In this document: positions 63,163 to 64,000 of the stretch, piece by piece
How positions within the stretch are numbered: position 1 is the first letter of the stretch
How the letters are laid out: the number at the start of each line of letters is the position of its first letter
Origin: Ignavibacteriota bacterium
Lineage (GTDB): Bacteria; Bacteroidota; Ignavibacteria; UBA10030; CAVZMI01
Direction of reading: 5' to 3'
Assembly (NCBI GenBank): GCA_963776275.1
Contig: CAVZMI010000006.1
Coordinates: 32,001-96,000 of the forward strand
Length of the DNA: 64,000 bases
Notes under the pieces: generated by a model
Told to the model about the DNA's origin: nothing
Databases searched by the model: none
The model's input: only the letters and a program-made list of their open reading frames with translations
Position numbers and translations under genes: made by a program

Positions 63163-63688
63163 AAGATCGAGACGCAGAGACAGTTAACGATGAATACACG
63201 GTACAAAACCCGATGGTGGTTGATCTCGCATGTTACGAGGGAGTTGCTGTCAAAGAGAGACGGCCTGAGGATATATGGAAAGGTGGAGTTGTGCTCCACA
63301 TATTTTTAGAACATACATAAGCAGTCTAAAGAGATCGGGAGTGAAACTCCCGCTTTCTATATGAGTTCGGGAGTCAGCTTTAGAAGTAGCAAGTAGAACT
63401 CCCTCACAGCAGGAAAAGCTTTTGACGAGCAATATTCGCCATGCAAAATGTACCTACGCCTGCCCGCCTTCCTCGTGTTTCGATCTTTTCCGTCCCACGC
63501 TCCTCAGTGGGATTTACGTCCTATGCTCTTTGTGGGGTTGGCGGGCTAAGTCGACCATAACCGTAAATGGTCGGGATATGGTTCGATCCGCCTTCCGCCT
63601 ATGTTCCATTTTTCGGGACGCCCGGCGAAGCGGGCACTTCAGCAGAGTTGTACTCATTGCCCAGTAGTGGAACCTTCAACCTTTTGAA
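63163..63688 (+). ncRNA. Candidate large structured non-coding RNA, class not recognised
   Basis: No credible ORF; more than a dozen mostly mutually compatible helices including nested long-range pairings; several need G-U pairs that work on the + strand; -10-like element just upstream. Confidence 0.6.
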
Positions 63689-63699
63689 AAAATAAAGGC

Positions 63700-63746
63700 T
63701 TGACAACTTAATTATTTTTCATTATCATATAAACGACTGTTTATAT
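63700..63746 (+). promoter_or_regulatory. Sigma70 promoter with overlapping palindromic operator
   Basis: TTGACA-17 nt-TATCAT (63700-63728); ATATAAAC-gact-GTTTATAT perfect inverted repeat at 63727-63746. Confidence 0.7.
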
Positions 63747-63871
63747 AAGCATTTATTGATATAGATGATGGAATAAATCTGAAGGCTCAAAAGACAGAGA
63801 AAGAGACTTGTTCCGCACAAAAGCCGGCTGACGAGTTGTCTGAATCAGAATGACAAAAAACTAAAAACACC

Positions 63872-64000
63872 ATGAATTTTATAAAAACACTCCGAATATC
63901 GATATTCCTCGGAATAATGTTGCCTGCGAGTATTTCTTTTGCCCAGATAAGCGATACGGCGTACAAGAGCATTATTTCCGGAAACGTGATTGACGAAACA
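63872..64000 (+). CDS. N-terminus of an exported protein, probably TonB-dependent receptor or carboxypeptidase-regulatory-like domain; truncated by the window
   Basis: MNFIKTLRISIFLGIMLPASISFAQ signal peptide followed by SIISGNVIDET. Confidence 0.55.
   Translation, partial: MNFIKTLRISIFLGIMLPASISFAQISDTAYKSIISGNVIDET

Noticed and set aside
63530-63605. tRNA, tRNA-Sec or tmRNA suggested by GGTTCGATCC...TTCCGCC
   Set aside because: No cloverleaf with proper D and anticodon arms, T-stem spacing is wrong and there is no CCA; treated as part of the larger RNA candidate
63630-63675. c-di-GMP-II riboswitch resemblance (GGGCACTT...AGTAGTGGAACC)
   Set aside because: The adjacent 5' kink-turn half is not evident, and the segment lies upstream of the next gene's promoter; needs an Rfam scan to exclude fully
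133-63972. Numerous short ORFs antisense to or overlapping the called genes
   Set aside because: Shadow ORFs with no family motifs, overlapping well-supported genes

Overview
Bacterial chromosomal window. Gene content and order (yggS-divIVA-punA-ileS-dksA-lspA-rluD, an ImcH-like cytochrome, a TonB-type receptor start) suggest an Ignavibacteria/Chlorobi-like member of the FCB group; this is inference. It holds housekeeping genes (mntH, asd, lysA, xerD, ileS, aroE, larE, mutS, cysE-cysK, truA, purU) interleaved with accessory genes, several gene relics and many short palindromic repeats, some nested inside each other. No tRNA, rRNA, CRISPR array or intact transposase was recognised. Main observations: (1) a ~520-nt ORF-free segment (63163-63688) that folds by eye into a nested multi-helix RNA with pseudoknot options and matches no RNA class I recognise; (2) a probably leaderless 31-aa Cys-rich leader peptide whose last Cys codons form the 5' arm of a terminator upstream of cysE-cysK, a candidate cysteine attenuator; (3) ten frameshifts, stops or odd substitutions that all fall on GGWCC, probably methylation-driven read errors that reveal a 5mC methyltransferase; (4) nested palindromes, one inserted apparently in frame inside truA; (5) a four-gene protease cluster whose M14 and clan-CD peptidases share a C-terminal domain. 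All family calls come from motif recognition; no searches were run.
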